Source of the DNA: Eledone cirrhosa
Taxonomy: Eukaryota
Reading direction: 5' to 3'
Length of the DNA: 64,000 nucleotides
Assembly (NCBI GenBank): GCA_964016885.1
Contig: OZ024740.1
Span: 148,242,001 to 148,306,000, forward strand
The notes below the pieces were generated by a model that had not been told where the DNA came from, searched no databases, and saw only the letters and a list, made by a program, of their open reading frames with translations. Position 1 is the first letter of the stretch, and the number at the start of each line of letters is the position of its first letter. Shown piece by piece: positions 63,811 through 64,000 of the stretch. A program made the translations under genes and the position numbers.

Positions 63811-64000
63811 TATATAGATATCGGCTTATTATAACTTATTCCACTTTCTCTTCGATTACTTACATACATGAGCCATTGTCCTGTGTCCCAACTTCTATCG
63901 GTATGTTTACTTCGTTTTTTCCTCTTTTCCTTTTTTTCTTCTTCCTCTCTCTTCACTGTCACATCTTTCCCTCATGGCCTTTTGATGGATAAAAGGCCAT

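Overview
AT-rich, microsatellite-saturated animal genomic DNA. The dominant tRNA-derived SINE resembles octopod SINEs, so a cephalopod source is inferred. No intact host gene is visible, and almost all listed ORFs are microsatellite artefacts. The window is made of mobile-element remains: about 20 SINE copies from two families, decayed R4/Dong-like, CRE-like and RTE-like LINEs, a Chapaev3-like transposase fragment, and several Penelope-like element (PLE) RT and GIY-YIG fragments. The main hidden structure is about 20 short PLE-derived insertions from many unrelated families, each bounded by (TA)n. They share one design: an inverted fold-back arm, a type I hammerhead ribozyme (HHR) in the pLTR, an AATAAA-like signal, and a one-sided 3' tail carrying shared TACTCC-like and TYGAGTRCT-like motifs. 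I hand-folded about 25 HHR motifs. They include intact canonical ones, U3-A8 core variants, a family-fixed CAGAAGA core variant and forms with very long stem II. Family labels (S1, S2, H, U, V, W, X, Y, Z) are my own. All folds and alignments were done by eye, and element boundaries are approximate.
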